Sequence record: PZ445417.1 | Reading direction: 5' to 3' (one strand) | From: a phage | DNA: 44,550 bases | Shown here: positions 9,369-19,600 of the stretch, in pieces | Position numbering within the stretch: the first letter of the stretch is position 1 | Layout: every line of letters starts with the position of its first letter | Notes under the pieces: model-generated | The model's input: only the letters and a program-made list of their open reading frames with translations | What the model was told of the DNA's origin: nothing | Database searches by the model: none | Program-made: the position numbers and the translations under genes

Positions 9369-10094
9369 ATGGGTTATCAACTTCCTAACGGGTCCAGCGT
9401 CCAGATTGGGTCCGTACTGGGCAGCGGCATCGCTGTTACGGCAGCTACCAACGCCGCCGCGTCTATCTCTGATCTTACGCAAGGTTGCGTTATCACCTGC
9501 GCGGCTTCTCATGGCCTGCAAGTCGGCGATGTGGTAATGTTCACTAAAACTCCGTGGGTCCGTGCGCTGAACCGAGCGTTCATCGTGGGTAAAGTGGATA
9601 CCAACGACGTTACGCTGGCGCGCTTCGACACCTCGGACGTGACCAAATATCCTACCGGCGCGTTTAGTGTAGGCACTCCGGGCGAAGTGGTGAAGGTGTC
9701 GAGCTTTATCGACTTCCCTTTCATTACTAACGTTGCCGTGTCTGGTGGCGACCAGCAGACTACTACCTTCCAGCCGTTGCAGGTGAACACCGCGATCAGT
9801 CTGAACACCACGAAAAACCCGTTGGTACAGACTTACACTTTCACCCACGACGAAGAAGACCCGATCCGCCCAATCCTGGAAGACCTGGACGACACACAGA
9901 AAACCACTGTGATTAAGTTCACTAACCCAGCGGCAGCAAGCGGCAAAGGTGAAATCCGTATTTACCCGGCTAAGGTATCTTTCCAGAAGATTCCGTCCGC
10001 AGAAGTAAACAACGTGGAAACGGTGCAATCCACTCTGACCATGCAGTCTGATATGGTTATCTACCGTAAGGATCTGGTCGAGGCATTGTCTTGA
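9369..10094 (+). CDS. major tail (tube) protein
   Basis: 241 aa, CAGGAG RBS. Followed by a strong terminator and then the chaperone gene with a frameshift site, which is the usual major tail / chaperone / tape measure order. Confidence 0.65.
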   Translation: MGYQLPNGSSVQIGSVLGSGIAVTAATNAAASISDLTQGCVITCAASHGLQVGDVVMFTKTPWVRALNRAFIVGKVDTNDVTLARFDTSDVTKYPTGAFSVGTPGEVVKVSSFIDFPFITNVAVSGGDQQTTTFQPLQVNTAISLNTTKNPLVQTYTFTHDEEDPIRPILEDLDDTQKTTVIKFTNPAAASGKGEIRIYPAKVSFQKIPSAEVNNVETVQSTLTMQSDMVIYRKDLVEALS

Positions 10095-10123
10095 TTTGGT
10101 CGCTTAAATAGCGAGTGATAATA

Positions 10124-10149
10124 TGGGGCCAGCACGGCCCCTTTTTTAT
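10124..10149 (+). terminator. rho-independent terminator
   Basis: GGGGCC-agcac-GGCCCC hairpin followed by TTTTTTATT. Confidence 0.7.
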
Positions 10150-10163
10150 TGGAGAATACTACA

Positions 10164-10526
10164 ATGGCTAAAGCACCACTCTTTACACTTGACCCTAAGC
10201 CTACATTTAAGCTGCCGATTGAGATTCCGCGCCCTGGTGAGAACGAGCCGGGTAAGATGACTTTCACCGTTCGCCACCGCCCGATCGACGAATTTTCGCA
10301 AACCATGCAGGACACCGAACGGAAGCTGTCGGAATACGACGACAATGACCCAGACGGCTTTAACGTTATGGTCGAGGCCATCATGCACGTCGCTGAGGGC
10401 TGGAATCTGCCGGACGAATTTAACGCGGAGAACGTCCGCCGCCTGGTGGTCAACTACCCACGCGCGTTCGGTGTGTTCCACACCTCGTACTATCTCGAAC
10501 TGATGGGATTGCGTGAAAAAAACTAA
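10164..10526 (+). CDS. tail assembly chaperone (lambda gpG-like)
   Basis: 120 aa from the ATG at 10164 (GGAGAA RBS). Ends LREKN* with the slippery heptamer A_AAA_AAC spanning the last codons. Confidence 0.65.
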   Translation: MAKAPLFTLDPKPTFKLPIEIPRPGENEPGKMTFTVRHRPIDEFSQTMQDTERKLSEYDDNDPDGFNVMVEAIMHVAEGWNLPDEFNAENVRRLVVNYPRAFGVFHTSYYLELMGLREKN

Positions 10527-10840
10527 TTGAGGCGGCGCGACGCTTTTATGGCCCGCCGCCACCCTCCGAAGATTTAGCCGCGAGTTTATGGGGTGCGGCC
10601 CCCGAAGATGTTTGTCCGCCTGTTGCGCTATGGCCCGACAACGCGAAGGTAGTCGCAGTCTTCACAGATTGCTCCACGCAATGGCGCACCGGATTTGGTG
10701 GCGCATACGGCATCGACTACGGCGTGTTGGAGTGGTTATTTAAGATGCACGGCATCGAAAACGAGCAGCGCGCGTTTAAAGATATTAAGCTAATGGAACG
10801 AATCGCGCTTGATGAAATGGCGCAGCAGAACCCCGCATAA
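10517..10840 (+). CDS. gpT-like extension of the tail chaperone, reached by -1 frameshift
   Basis: The -1 frame is open for 107 codons from the slippery site A_AAA_AAC (10517-10523) to the TAA at 10838-10840, with no in-frame ATG start; checked codon by codon. Confidence 0.55.
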   Translation, partial: KKLIEAARRFYGPPPPSEDLAASLWGAAPEDVCPPVALWPDNAKVVAVFTDCSTQWRTGFGGAYGIDYGVLEWLFKMHGIENEQRAFKDIKLMERIALDEMAQQNPA

Positions 10841-10842
10841 TG

Positions 10843-11157
10843 AAGCGGGGCAGATCGGGACGTCCCGTTTTGTCCCGCCTTTGCAAAACTGCATACCTAC
10901 TCACTTCCACTGCATAATCTAAAAGCGGGACAAGCGGGACGTCCCGATCTGCCCCGCCCTGTAAATGTGCATACCTATTCATATTTCATGCATAAACCAA
11001 ACGGGACAGAAAGCGGGACAAACATGGGGCGGGACAAAGCGGGACAGCACCCCGTCCCCGCCAGTGCTGCCGCGGGTTTTAGCCGATCGGGACAGGCGGG
11101 ACAAAGCCCAGTCTTTCAGACTAGACGGGGGTCAGTGGCCCCCCTCGTCTGAGACTG
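10843..11157. repeat. non-coding repeat element, copy 1 (inverted repeats, CGGGACA iterons, conserved long hairpin)
   Basis: Inverted arms GCGGGGCAGATCGGGACGTCCCG (10845-10867) and CGGGACGTCCCGATCTGCCCCGC (10935-10957); at least 8 CGGGACA copies; imperfect ~19-bp hairpin at 11109-11157. The distal ~160 bp is about 80% identical to 39047-39204. Confidence 0.7.
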
Positions 11158-11225
11158 CATAAGGTTTGTTTTAAAATCGCTGATACAATATCAATCGGCA
11201 ACTGCATAAAAAAGGGGACTGCATA

Positions 11226-13868
11226 ATGGCAGATCAGGCAGCAGGCATCACGCTAAAGGCGGATGTCGCACAAATCAGAACGGCAAATACTGTGCTGGAC
11301 TCCTTCGCACAGAAATCCGAGAACACAGAAAACAAGGTTAAGAAATTAAACGACACCCTCGGCAAATCCAAAAAGGTGACGAGTGACGCCGCGGGTGGAA
11401 TGGAGAAGCTGGCGACTGAATCGCAGCGTGCCGCCGACGGCATGACGAAACAAGAGCGACTTGCCAACCGGTTAGGCATGTCGACCAAAAACCTGGGCTT
11501 TGCCTCGCGTAACGCCGCATTCCAGTTACAGGATATCGCAGTTACGCTTGAGATGGGGATGCCGGTGCACCGCGTCATGCTTCAGCAGTTACCGCAGCTA
11601 ACTGGGGCGTTCGGTGGATTTGGTAACACGCTGCGTTATGTTGCGGGCTTCCTCGGTCCGGTAGGGATCGGCATTGCAGCACTAACGGCAACGTTAGGCG
11701 TAGGAGTGGCGGTTACGTCCCGTGCCGAAAACCAGGTCGCAGCGCTTAACAAGACGCTGGCGCTGTCAGGTAACATTTCCGGCCTCACTGCAAACCAGAT
11801 CCTGGTGCTATCCGAGAACGCCGAGCGCATGGGGGGGTCATTCAGTAAGACGCGTGACACAATCCAGGCACTGGCGGCGGCGGGGGTGAAAGCGGGCGCT
11901 GACTTCGGCGCGCTTGCGAAGGTTGTGAATGACTTCGCGAAGGCGTCTAATCAGCCGATCGCGGACGTGGTGGGGTCTATCGCTAAATTATCCAACGACC
12001 CGGTTGGCGGACTGCGCGCACTGGCGGACCAGTACCACGTCGTTACCGAGGCGCAGATCCAGCAGGTGCAATCGCTTGTAAATATGGGGCGTGAAACGGA
12101 CGCGGTGGCTATGGCTAACAAAACCGCCGCGGCGTCGTTCGCCAGCATGACCAACGATGTCAAGGCCAACATGGGTACGCTTGAGCGGTCGATGAACGTC
12201 GTCACATCGGCAGCTAAATCAATGTGGGATGCCATCCTGGATGTTGGGCGCGCGCAGTCCTCGAATGAGTCCGAGATGAAAGCGCGTGAATCCTTGCAGC
12301 GCATGACCACGGCGTACTATGCCGAGATGAAGGCGGTAAACGCTGCCGGTGGGGTGATGACCGAAGCGCAGAAAGCGCGTATTAACATGCTTTACAGCGA
12401 ACTGGTCGCCCAGGAAAAGGTAGTGGCGTCGCTCACCCTGCGCAACCGTGCCGAGCGAGACAGCGCCAGCGCCGCGGATGAAGCAGCAAAGGCGAACGAG
12501 GAGGCAAACCGCACCGCCCGCGACCGCGCCGCGTTTGAGAAGGAGTACGCGACCAACGCAAAGCGGCGATCCGACGAGATCGCCCGCCTCAATTTGCTGA
12601 ATAAGCGCGGTGTTATTAACGAGAAAGAACTAGCCGAGGCGGTGAAGCAGGTCAACGAACGTTACAAAGACCCCGCCCAGAAGAAGGCCGCCGCTGTTCG
12701 AGTCGATGCCGGGCTGAAAATGCTGGAAGTCGCGCGAAGCGAATTAGCCCAGCTTCGTGAGTCTGGAAAGCAGATCGAAGCCAACGCATCGACGCAGACC
12801 CGCACGCAACGCGCGCAAGCGGCCCTTAACAAGCTGGTGGCGGATCATGAACAGTTAATCGCGGCGAGCAAAGAAAGGGCACTGACGGCGGCAGAAAAGC
12901 AGCAAATGGCGGAGTTCGAGTCGGTTAAATCTGTACGCGAGCAGATCGTAGAAGAAGCCAAATTGCTGGACGCGAAAGAGAAGCAGATCAAGGCACACGC
13001 CCAGGTCGAGGCTTTCATCAAGAACCAGAACGCCGAGCTAAAAGCCACCGCGGCGGGCTATGCGCTTTCTACTCGCGAAGCGGCTAACCTGCGCGAAGAG
13101 TTGCAGCTAATTGACCGTCTTCAGCGTGCCGGTGCTAACGATACTGATATTGACAAGGCGGTGTCTAAGCTGCGTGAGGTTCAGGAAGCACAGACCGGTG
13201 CTAACGCCTCATTATGGGATGGATTCAGTCGCGGGCTTCGCGATAGTGTGGATGAAATGGGTAACGGATACACGCAGATGGCGTCACTCACAAAATTCAC
13301 GTTCGGCGCTATGCAGGACACGATGAACGAGTTTTTCGAGACTGGCAAGCTGAACGCAAAGGATATGGTTAAGTCCATCCTGAGCGAATTAATCAAGCTG
13401 GCTACCTCGCAGGCGTTCAAGTCCATCGTTAGCGCTTTCGGTGGCGACGGCGGCAAAAACGGATTGTTCGGCGCTATCTTCTCTGGCCTCACTAAGAATG
13501 CAGACGGCGGAGCGTACACCGGAGGCAATCTCGCGGCCTATTCGGGGCAAGTGGTAAGCCAGCCCACTTTTTTCAGTTATGGCGTCCAGGCGTTCGCTAA
13601 GGGCGCAGGATTGATGGGGGAGGCGGGACCCGAGGCCATCATGCCGCTTAAGCGCGGGCCAGACGGTAAACTAGGCGTCGCCGCTGCCGGTGGGGTCGGT
13701 GGGATGATTGTAACGACCAACGTTAACATGGGGACCGGTAAGACGGATACCAGTGTTAGCGGACCGGACCCGCGCACCGCGCAGGCGTTCGGAAAGCAAA
13801 TCACCGAGTCGGTCAAGGCCGAGATCGTGAAGGCGACGAAACCGGGTGGTGTACTTTACAAACGATGA
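11226..13868 (+). CDS. tail tape measure protein
   Basis: 880 aa, AAGGGGA RBS. Long Ala/Gln/Glu-rich helical protein with a Gly-rich C-terminal part, located between the chaperone and tail tip genes. Confidence 0.85.
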   Translation: MADQAAGITLKADVAQIRTANTVLDSFAQKSENTENKVKKLNDTLGKSKKVTSDAAGGMEKLATESQRAADGMTKQERLANRLGMSTKNLGFASRNAAFQLQDIAVTLEMGMPVHRVMLQQLPQLTGAFGGFGNTLRYVAGFLGPVGIGIAALTATLGVGVAVTSRAENQVAALNKTLALSGNISGLTANQILVLSENAERMGGSFSKTRDTIQALAAAGVKAGADFGALAKVVNDFAKASNQPIADVVGSIAKLSNDPVGGLRALADQYHVVTEAQIQQVQSLVNMGRETDAVAMANKTAAASFASMTNDVKANMGTLERSMNVVTSAAKSMWDAILDVGRAQSSNESEMKARESLQRMTTAYYAEMKAVNAAGGVMTEAQKARINMLYSELVAQEKVVASLTLRNRAERDSASAADEAAKANEEANRTARDRAAFEKEYATNAKRRSDEIARLNLLNKRGVINEKELAEAVKQVNERYKDPAQKKAAAVRVDAGLKMLEVARSELAQLRESGKQIEANASTQTRTQRAQAALNKLVADHEQLIAASKERALTAAEKQQMAEFESVKSVREQIVEEAKLLDAKEKQIKAHAQVEAFIKNQNAELKATAAGYALSTREAANLREELQLIDRLQRAGANDTDIDKAVSKLREVQEAQTGANASLWDGFSRGLRDSVDEMGNGYTQMASLTKFTFGAMQDTMNEFFETGKLNAKDMVKSILSELIKLATSQAFKSIVSAFGGDGGKNGLFGAIFSGLTKNADGGAYTGGNLAAYSGQVVSQPTFFSYGVQAFAKGAGLMGEAGPEAIMPLKRGPDGKLGVAAAGGVGGMIVTTNVNMGTGKTDTSVSGPDPRTAQAFGKQITESVKAEIVKATKPGGVLYKR

Positions 13869-13903
13869 TAAAATGGCCCTCACTACAACGTGGGGGCTTT
13901 TTT

Positions 13904-14503
13904 ATGTCACAAGGTACAATTACACTAACTAAGGGAAGTAAGACCGTCACGGGCGCGGGAACGGCGTTCTTGAGCGAGATCGGGAAGGTACGCGTGTTCG
14001 CCCGCATCGACGGCAACGACTACACCGGAAAAATTGCGGCATTCAACTCTAACACCGTCATTACCCTGGCGGATAACTGGGCCGGGCCGACAAAAGCCGG
14101 TGCGGCCTATGAGCTAATCGAAGCGCATGACCCGCGATCAAACGAATGGCCCTATTACTGGCACATGCAATTGCAAGGCGGCGGAGACGTGCAGCTGGCT
14201 TTCCGGTCCGAGGAATTGCAATTCGGTAACGGTTACGGTCAGAACATCGCGGACGGCCCGAACGCCGAAACGAAACAGTTCCCCGTGCAATTCATCGGAC
14301 TGACTACTGACAAGTGGTGCAACCCTAAACTGGTTTACAACTTCCTTCGCGGGCACTTCGTCAAACCGTTTGTTGTCACCGCGCCGGATGGCGAAACAGG
14401 TTTATTCGTGGTTGAGCGTTCGAGCTTGTCGTACACTGACAACGGGCACTACACGGCAACGGTATCCGCCACCCTTAAGACTGCTATTGGATTCGTAAGA
14501 TGA
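13904..14503 (+). CDS. minor tail protein (lambda gpM position)
   Basis: 199 aa from the ATG at 13904 (GGGGG RBS), after a hairpin plus T6 that follows the tape measure stop. N-terminal ~70 aa resemble the N-terminus of the tail fibre at 21387. Confidence 0.5.
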   Translation: MSQGTITLTKGSKTVTGAGTAFLSEIGKVRVFARIDGNDYTGKIAAFNSNTVITLADNWAGPTKAGAAYELIEAHDPRSNEWPYYWHMQLQGGGDVQLAFRSEELQFGNGYGQNIADGPNAETKQFPVQFIGLTTDKWCNPKLVYNFLRGHFVKPFVVTAPDGETGLFVVERSSLSYTDNGHYTATVSATLKTAIGFVR

Positions 14504-15288
14504 ATAAACTTTATCACGAGGCGACGCGCTTTGACCCATCGGGACGCGTTCGCCTGATTCACATTGACGCGCAGGACGTGGAGCCTGGCGACGGCGCGAT
14601 CGGCGCGGGCCACCATTATTTTCACTACTGCTTTATTCCGCACACTGCCGAAGATATTGCTGCCGCTGGCGGAGACGAGGACAAGCTAAAGCCCAAATCT
14701 ATCTTCTTCGGCGGGCAGGAGTTCGAATTTTGGCCCTTCGATCTGTCCGGCCTTAACTTCTCTACATCAACGGCAGCAGAACCGCAGCTAACCATCGTTG
14801 ATATTGGCGGCATAATCACCCGTCTGTCGCTGAATCACGACCAGCTACTGGGCGCGAAGGTTGAGATCATTGATACGTTCGCGAAGTTCCTGGATAACGG
14901 GTCGGATCCAGACCCGACGCAAAAACGTGTCCAGGAGTATTACATAGACTCACAGGTCGGGCGCAATCCAGGCAAGCAGATCACCTTCGCACTATCCTCC
15001 CCCGCGGATATGGAAGGGCAGGTCGTCCCGCGTCGCCAAATCATGAACATGTGCGAATGGGCGTTAAATGGGAAGTACGCCAGCGGGGACGGTTGCACAT
15101 GGAACCTTGCACGGCCTGGCATCAAGTATTACGACGAGCGTGGAAACGAAGTTATCGCAATGAATATGGACCGCTGCGGCGGATGCTTGTCCGACTGCTA
15201 TCTTCGTTTTGGACAAGGGCTTGCGGACCCTAAAGCTGCGGTGCTGGACTTCGGCGGTTTTCCGGGGTCCAAATTAATTAAGGGGTAG
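14500..15288 (+). CDS. minor tail protein L-like
   Basis: 262 aa. Cysteine cluster C-x-W...C-T-W...C-G-G-C-x-x-x-C near the C-terminus, reminiscent of the lambda gpL Fe-S site. Synteny M-L-K-I-J. Confidence 0.7.
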   Translation: MNKLYHEATRFDPSGRVRLIHIDAQDVEPGDGAIGAGHHYFHYCFIPHTAEDIAAAGGDEDKLKPKSIFFGGQEFEFWPFDLSGLNFSTSTAAEPQLTIVDIGGIITRLSLNHDQLLGAKVEIIDTFAKFLDNGSDPDPTQKRVQEYYIDSQVGRNPGKQITFALSSPADMEGQVVPRRQIMNMCEWALNGKYASGDGCTWNLARPGIKYYDERGNEVIAMNMDRCGGCLSDCYLRFGQGLADPKAAVLDFGGFPGSKLIKG

Positions 15289-15290
15289 CC

Positions 15291-16031
15291 ATGCTAACGA
15301 AAAAGGTAAAAAGCGATATCGCCGCACATGTCGCGGCATGTCTGCCGGAAGAAGCCTGCGGCCTGGTCGTCATGGTGGGCCGTAAGCAAGTATTCGTCCC
15401 GTGCCTTAACGTGTTTGAAGACCCGACCGGCGTGCGCTCACGCAAAGACGCTTTCACGATTAGTGATATGGCCTGGATGGATGCCGAGGATATGGGCGAC
15501 GTCGTGCGCGTAGTCCACTCGCACCCAGGTCAGCGAGATCTAACCCCGTCGTTGGGCGACGTTAACGGATGCAACGGCAGCGGCGTCGTCTGGACCATCA
15601 CTAACGAATATGGCGACTTTATCGAGATCGACCCAGAAGACCCGCCGCTGGTAGGTCGCCGATTTGTTCTCGGAATTACGGACTGTTACGGCCTCGTTAT
15701 GGACTGGCATAAAAAGCAGGGCGTAAACCTGCCAGACTTCCGTGTACCGTACAACTGGTGGGAGACAGGCGAAAACCTGTATATGGACAATTGGTATGGC
15801 GCGGGCTTCCGGGAGTGTGAGGAGAATACGCCGGGGGCGATGGTCATCATGCAGATTAGCGCGCCAGTGCCTAACCATGCCGGAATCTTCCTTCCGGGCA
15901 ACCAACTTCTACACCATATCTACGGCAGCCTGTCGAGCGTGATTCCCTTCCGGGCAGGATTTTTCCGCGACAATGTGGTTAAATGGGTACGTCATAAAGA
16001 CCTACCGGGGAATATCACAGAATGGCAATGA
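15291..16031 (+). CDS. tail assembly protein K-like (JAB/MPN plus NlpC/P60)
   Basis: 246 aa. JAMM-like VHSHPG motif in the N-terminal half and a Cys/His-containing C-terminal half. Synteny. Confidence 0.7.
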   Translation: MLTKKVKSDIAAHVAACLPEEACGLVVMVGRKQVFVPCLNVFEDPTGVRSRKDAFTISDMAWMDAEDMGDVVRVVHSHPGQRDLTPSLGDVNGCNGSGVVWTITNEYGDFIEIDPEDPPLVGRRFVLGITDCYGLVMDWHKKQGVNLPDFRVPYNWWETGENLYMDNWYGAGFRECEENTPGAMVIMQISAPVPNHAGIFLPGNQLLHHIYGSLSSVIPFRAGFFRDNVVKWVRHKDLPGNITEWQ

Positions 16032-16636
16032 CCACGTTTAAATTGTACGGCGTCTTAGGACGTCGTTTCGGTAAAGTGCATAAGCTGGACTGCTTCACAC
16101 CGGGCGAGGGTATCACCGGCCTGTGCGTGAAGTTACCCGGCTTACAGGACTTTCTAATGTCGGCCCACCTGGACAACATGATGTTCAAAGTGCGCAAGGG
16201 CAATCACACCCTGACCGGCTACGATGAGCTGGGCGAGTTCCACGGCAATCGCGTTGTTACCATCGCACCGGTTATGACCGGTGCAAAGCGCGGACTAGGC
16301 CAATTACTGGCTGGCGTAGCCATCGTGGTGGCGTCGTTCTACACCGGCGGGCTTGCTACTGCCGCTTTTGGTGCTTCAGCCGCTACCGCTGCCGCTATTG
16401 GTACGGCAACGTTTTCGTTCGGGATGTCGATGGCGCTGGGTGGCGTTATGCAATTGCTGTCACCGCAGCCGAAAGGATTGCAAACACGGCAGGACGTGGA
16501 TAACAAGGCGTCGTATGCGTTCGGAGGGCCGGTAAACACGACCGCGCAGGGTACGGCACTTGGTGTATTATGGGGCGAGCGTGAGATCGGTGGCGCTATT
16601 ATTTCCGCCGGAATCGTAACCGAGGATTTGAACTAA
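16022..16636 (+). CDS. tail assembly protein I-like
   Basis: 204 aa, with a C-terminal Gly/Ala-rich hydrophobic segment. Lies between the K-like and J-like genes. Confidence 0.6.
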   Translation: MAMTTFKLYGVLGRRFGKVHKLDCFTPGEGITGLCVKLPGLQDFLMSAHLDNMMFKVRKGNHTLTGYDELGEFHGNRVVTIAPVMTGAKRGLGQLLAGVAIVVASFYTGGLATAAFGASAATAAAIGTATFSFGMSMALGGVMQLLSPQPKGLQTRQDVDNKASYAFGGPVNTTAQGTALGVLWGEREIGGAIISAGIVTEDLN

Positions 16637-19600
16637 TGACGATTATCTACGACGTCACGGGCCATAAAGGCGGCGGTGGTAAACAGCACACTCCGCAGGA
16701 AACGCCCGATAGCCTGCATTCGCAGGCTAAAGCCCGCATCTTGCTCGCACTGGGTGAAGGTGAGTTCGAGGGAATTCCGAGCAACAGCGAATTACGGCAG
16801 CGCGTTTATTTGGACGGCACACCGATCCAGAACTCCGACAGGTCGGAAAACTTCCCCGGCGCGCGCGTGGAGTTCCGCCCTGGCACACAGCACCAGAATG
16901 TGATCCACGGATTTTCAGCGGTAGAAAGCGAACAATCCGTCGGTGTAAAACTGGAAAACGGCAAGCCGTGGGTGCGCCAGATTAATGACACCAGTCTTGA
17001 CGCCGTGCGCATTCGAATCGGCATTCCGGCTTTGTACACCAACGAAGATAATGGCGACCTTGTGGGCGGGCGAGTAAACTACAAAATCGTTGTATATACC
17101 GATAACGCAAATCCGCGTGAATTCAAGTTCGCTGCCGTTGGTAAAACAATGTCGCTGTATGAGCGGGACCACCGCATCGAGCTACCGTCGAACGTGAACA
17201 CCGGCTGGCGCGTGGAAGTTCACCGCACAACGGCAGATTCCACATCGGCGAAAGTGGTGAACGATATCCAGGTACAATCCATCACTGAGATTATCGACGC
17301 CCGCCTGCGCTACCCGCTAACAGCGCTGTTGTTCGTTGAGTTCGACGCTAAAGCGTTCCAGAACATCCCGCGCGTATCCATTAAGTGCAAAGGACGAAAA
17401 GTTCTAATCCCGAACAACTACGACCCGATTAATCATACATATTCGGGCGACTGGGACGGGACGTTTAAACGCGCATGGACGGATAACCCTGCGTGGCACT
17501 GGTACGATATTTGTATTACTGAACGCTTCGGCCTCGGTCGCCGGATCAAACCGCAAATGCTGAACCGGTACGCGCTCTACCAGATTGCGCAGCGCTGCGA
17601 TCAGTTGGTCAGCGACGGCAACGGTGGTCGAGAAATCCGCTTTAAGAATGATATGTACATTCAGTCACAGACAGATGCCTGGACCGTGCTTAAGGATTTA
17701 GCAGCCATCTTTGCTGGTATGACCTGGTGGGGAAACCAGATGTTGAATATCGTCAGTGACCAGCCGGTCGCAGCGGTATCGCACACTATCACCAACGCCT
17801 CGGTTATTGATGGGCGATTCGACTACGCATCGGGTAGCCAGAAAACTCGCTATTCCACGTTCGCGGTAGCATACGGCAACCCGAAAAACCACTACGATGA
17901 TGCCATCGCAACGGGGCAACGTGTCGAACTGGTACGCCGCCATAAGATTAACCGTCTAGACATCACGGCGATCGGCTGTACGCGTGAATCAGAAGCGCAA
18001 CGCCGCGGGCACTGGGCGCTAATCTCCAACCAGCTTGACCAGCAAGTTAGCTTCAAGGTTGGCATGGAAGGACTATTCTTTATTCCTGGTAGCGTAGTCG
18101 CGATCGCAGATACAAACATTTCTGGCGGCTTCGAGACCCGAGGCGGTCGCCTGTTGTCAGATCCTGGTACGCGGACTGTGCTGAATACAGACAGCGAAAT
18201 CACGTTCCGCCCAGGTGATAAATTCCTGGTACGCACCGATAGCGGCAATGTGGAGACCCGCGAGATCGCCAGCGTTAACGGCAACAAGGTAACGCTAAAA
18301 ACCGCGCTGGACTCCGACCCTATCCCAGATCAACCGTTTTGCGTTGATGGCGATGATATCCAGTTGCAGAAGTTCCGAATCACCGACCTGGAATATGACG
18401 ACTCTACCAGCACTTTTTCAGTGCGCGGGATCGAGTACAACGATAGCAAATATGATGCCGTTGATAATGGCGCTCGCCTTGACCCGGGCATCTTCACGCA
18501 AGTGCCTGACGGCGTAATGAAGGGGCCGGAATCCGTGACTATCACCCCGTCGCAGATTTCATCACAAGGCCAGCTAATCACCAACGTGGATATTGTTTTC
18601 CCGCCGGTGAAGGATGCTGTGGTGTATGAAATCCAGTGGCGACGCACCAGCTTGCAGAATATGGCGATCCAGTGGGGTAACGACTGGGTGAACATCCCAC
18701 GCACGGCATCGAACGGCGCGCACATCCCGAACGTGTTTTCCGGAAACTATCAAGCACGCGTTCGCGCGATTGGTATGGGCGAGATTTCATCCCCGTGGGT
18801 GTCGTCTGCCATCACGCCGGTGGAAGGGCGTCTCGGCGGTCTTAACGCGCCAATCATCACCAACGCGATTTCGGGCCTCCACCAGATTTTGTGGAAATGG
18901 AACCACAACAACGCCGCGACGGATATTTCATACACCGAGCTTGAAGTGCGCAAGACTGGTGAAACGGAGTGGGAGTTCTTAACCAACGTCCCATATCCTG
19001 GGTCGGAGTACGCGCAAACGTCGCTGGAGTTTGGCATTTACCAGCAGTTGCGCGCCCGTGTAGCGGATAAAATCGGCAACCTGTCGGACTGGTCAGCCCC
19101 GTTTGAAGGCCAGGTGAGTGACGAAGTCGACGAGTACATGAAGGGGCTTGATGACGCGTTCTTGACTTCCGAGGATGGAAAACACTTCCAGGAAGCGATC
19201 GACACCATGCCGCAAGGTATCTACGAGGCCATGCTCACCGACGCACAGCAATTGTTTAACGCCCGCGCCGAATATAAAGGGATTTATGCAGAAATCAAGG
19301 TGGCGTATAACGTGGCGGTGGATGCTAACGAGGCCGTGGCGCAACTGGAGACGTTGATCGGCACGCGCCTTGACGATGCGGAAGCGTCAATCCACACGTT
19401 GCAGACCGCGCAAAGCACACACGAACAAGCGTTCGCCCAGTACCAGCAAACTGTAGCCGCTAAGTTCGGGGAGCAGGAAGCTGCCATCCAGCAGGTACAA
19501 ACGGCAACGGCAGACGTAGCTGGCGCGCTGGCGGAGTACAAAACGCAGGTCGCAGCACAGTTCGACCAGCAGTCCGCCGCTATTGAGCAAAAGATGACGT

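Noticed and set aside
10843-11157. Possible CRISPR array suggested by the short repeated CGGGACA units
   Set aside because: The units are only 7-8 bp, irregularly spaced, in both orientations and without uniform spacers; no cas genes are present. They are iteron-like binding sites.
10965-11162. Plus-strand ORFs of 61-65 aa (10965-11162 and 10967-11152) and a minus-strand ORF (10785-10982) in the gap between the chaperone and tape measure genes
   Set aside because: They run through the CGGGACA iteron and hairpin repeats, give low-complexity peptides, have no RBS, and the repeat copy at 38945-39199 produces a similar spurious peptide. The region is better explained as non-coding.
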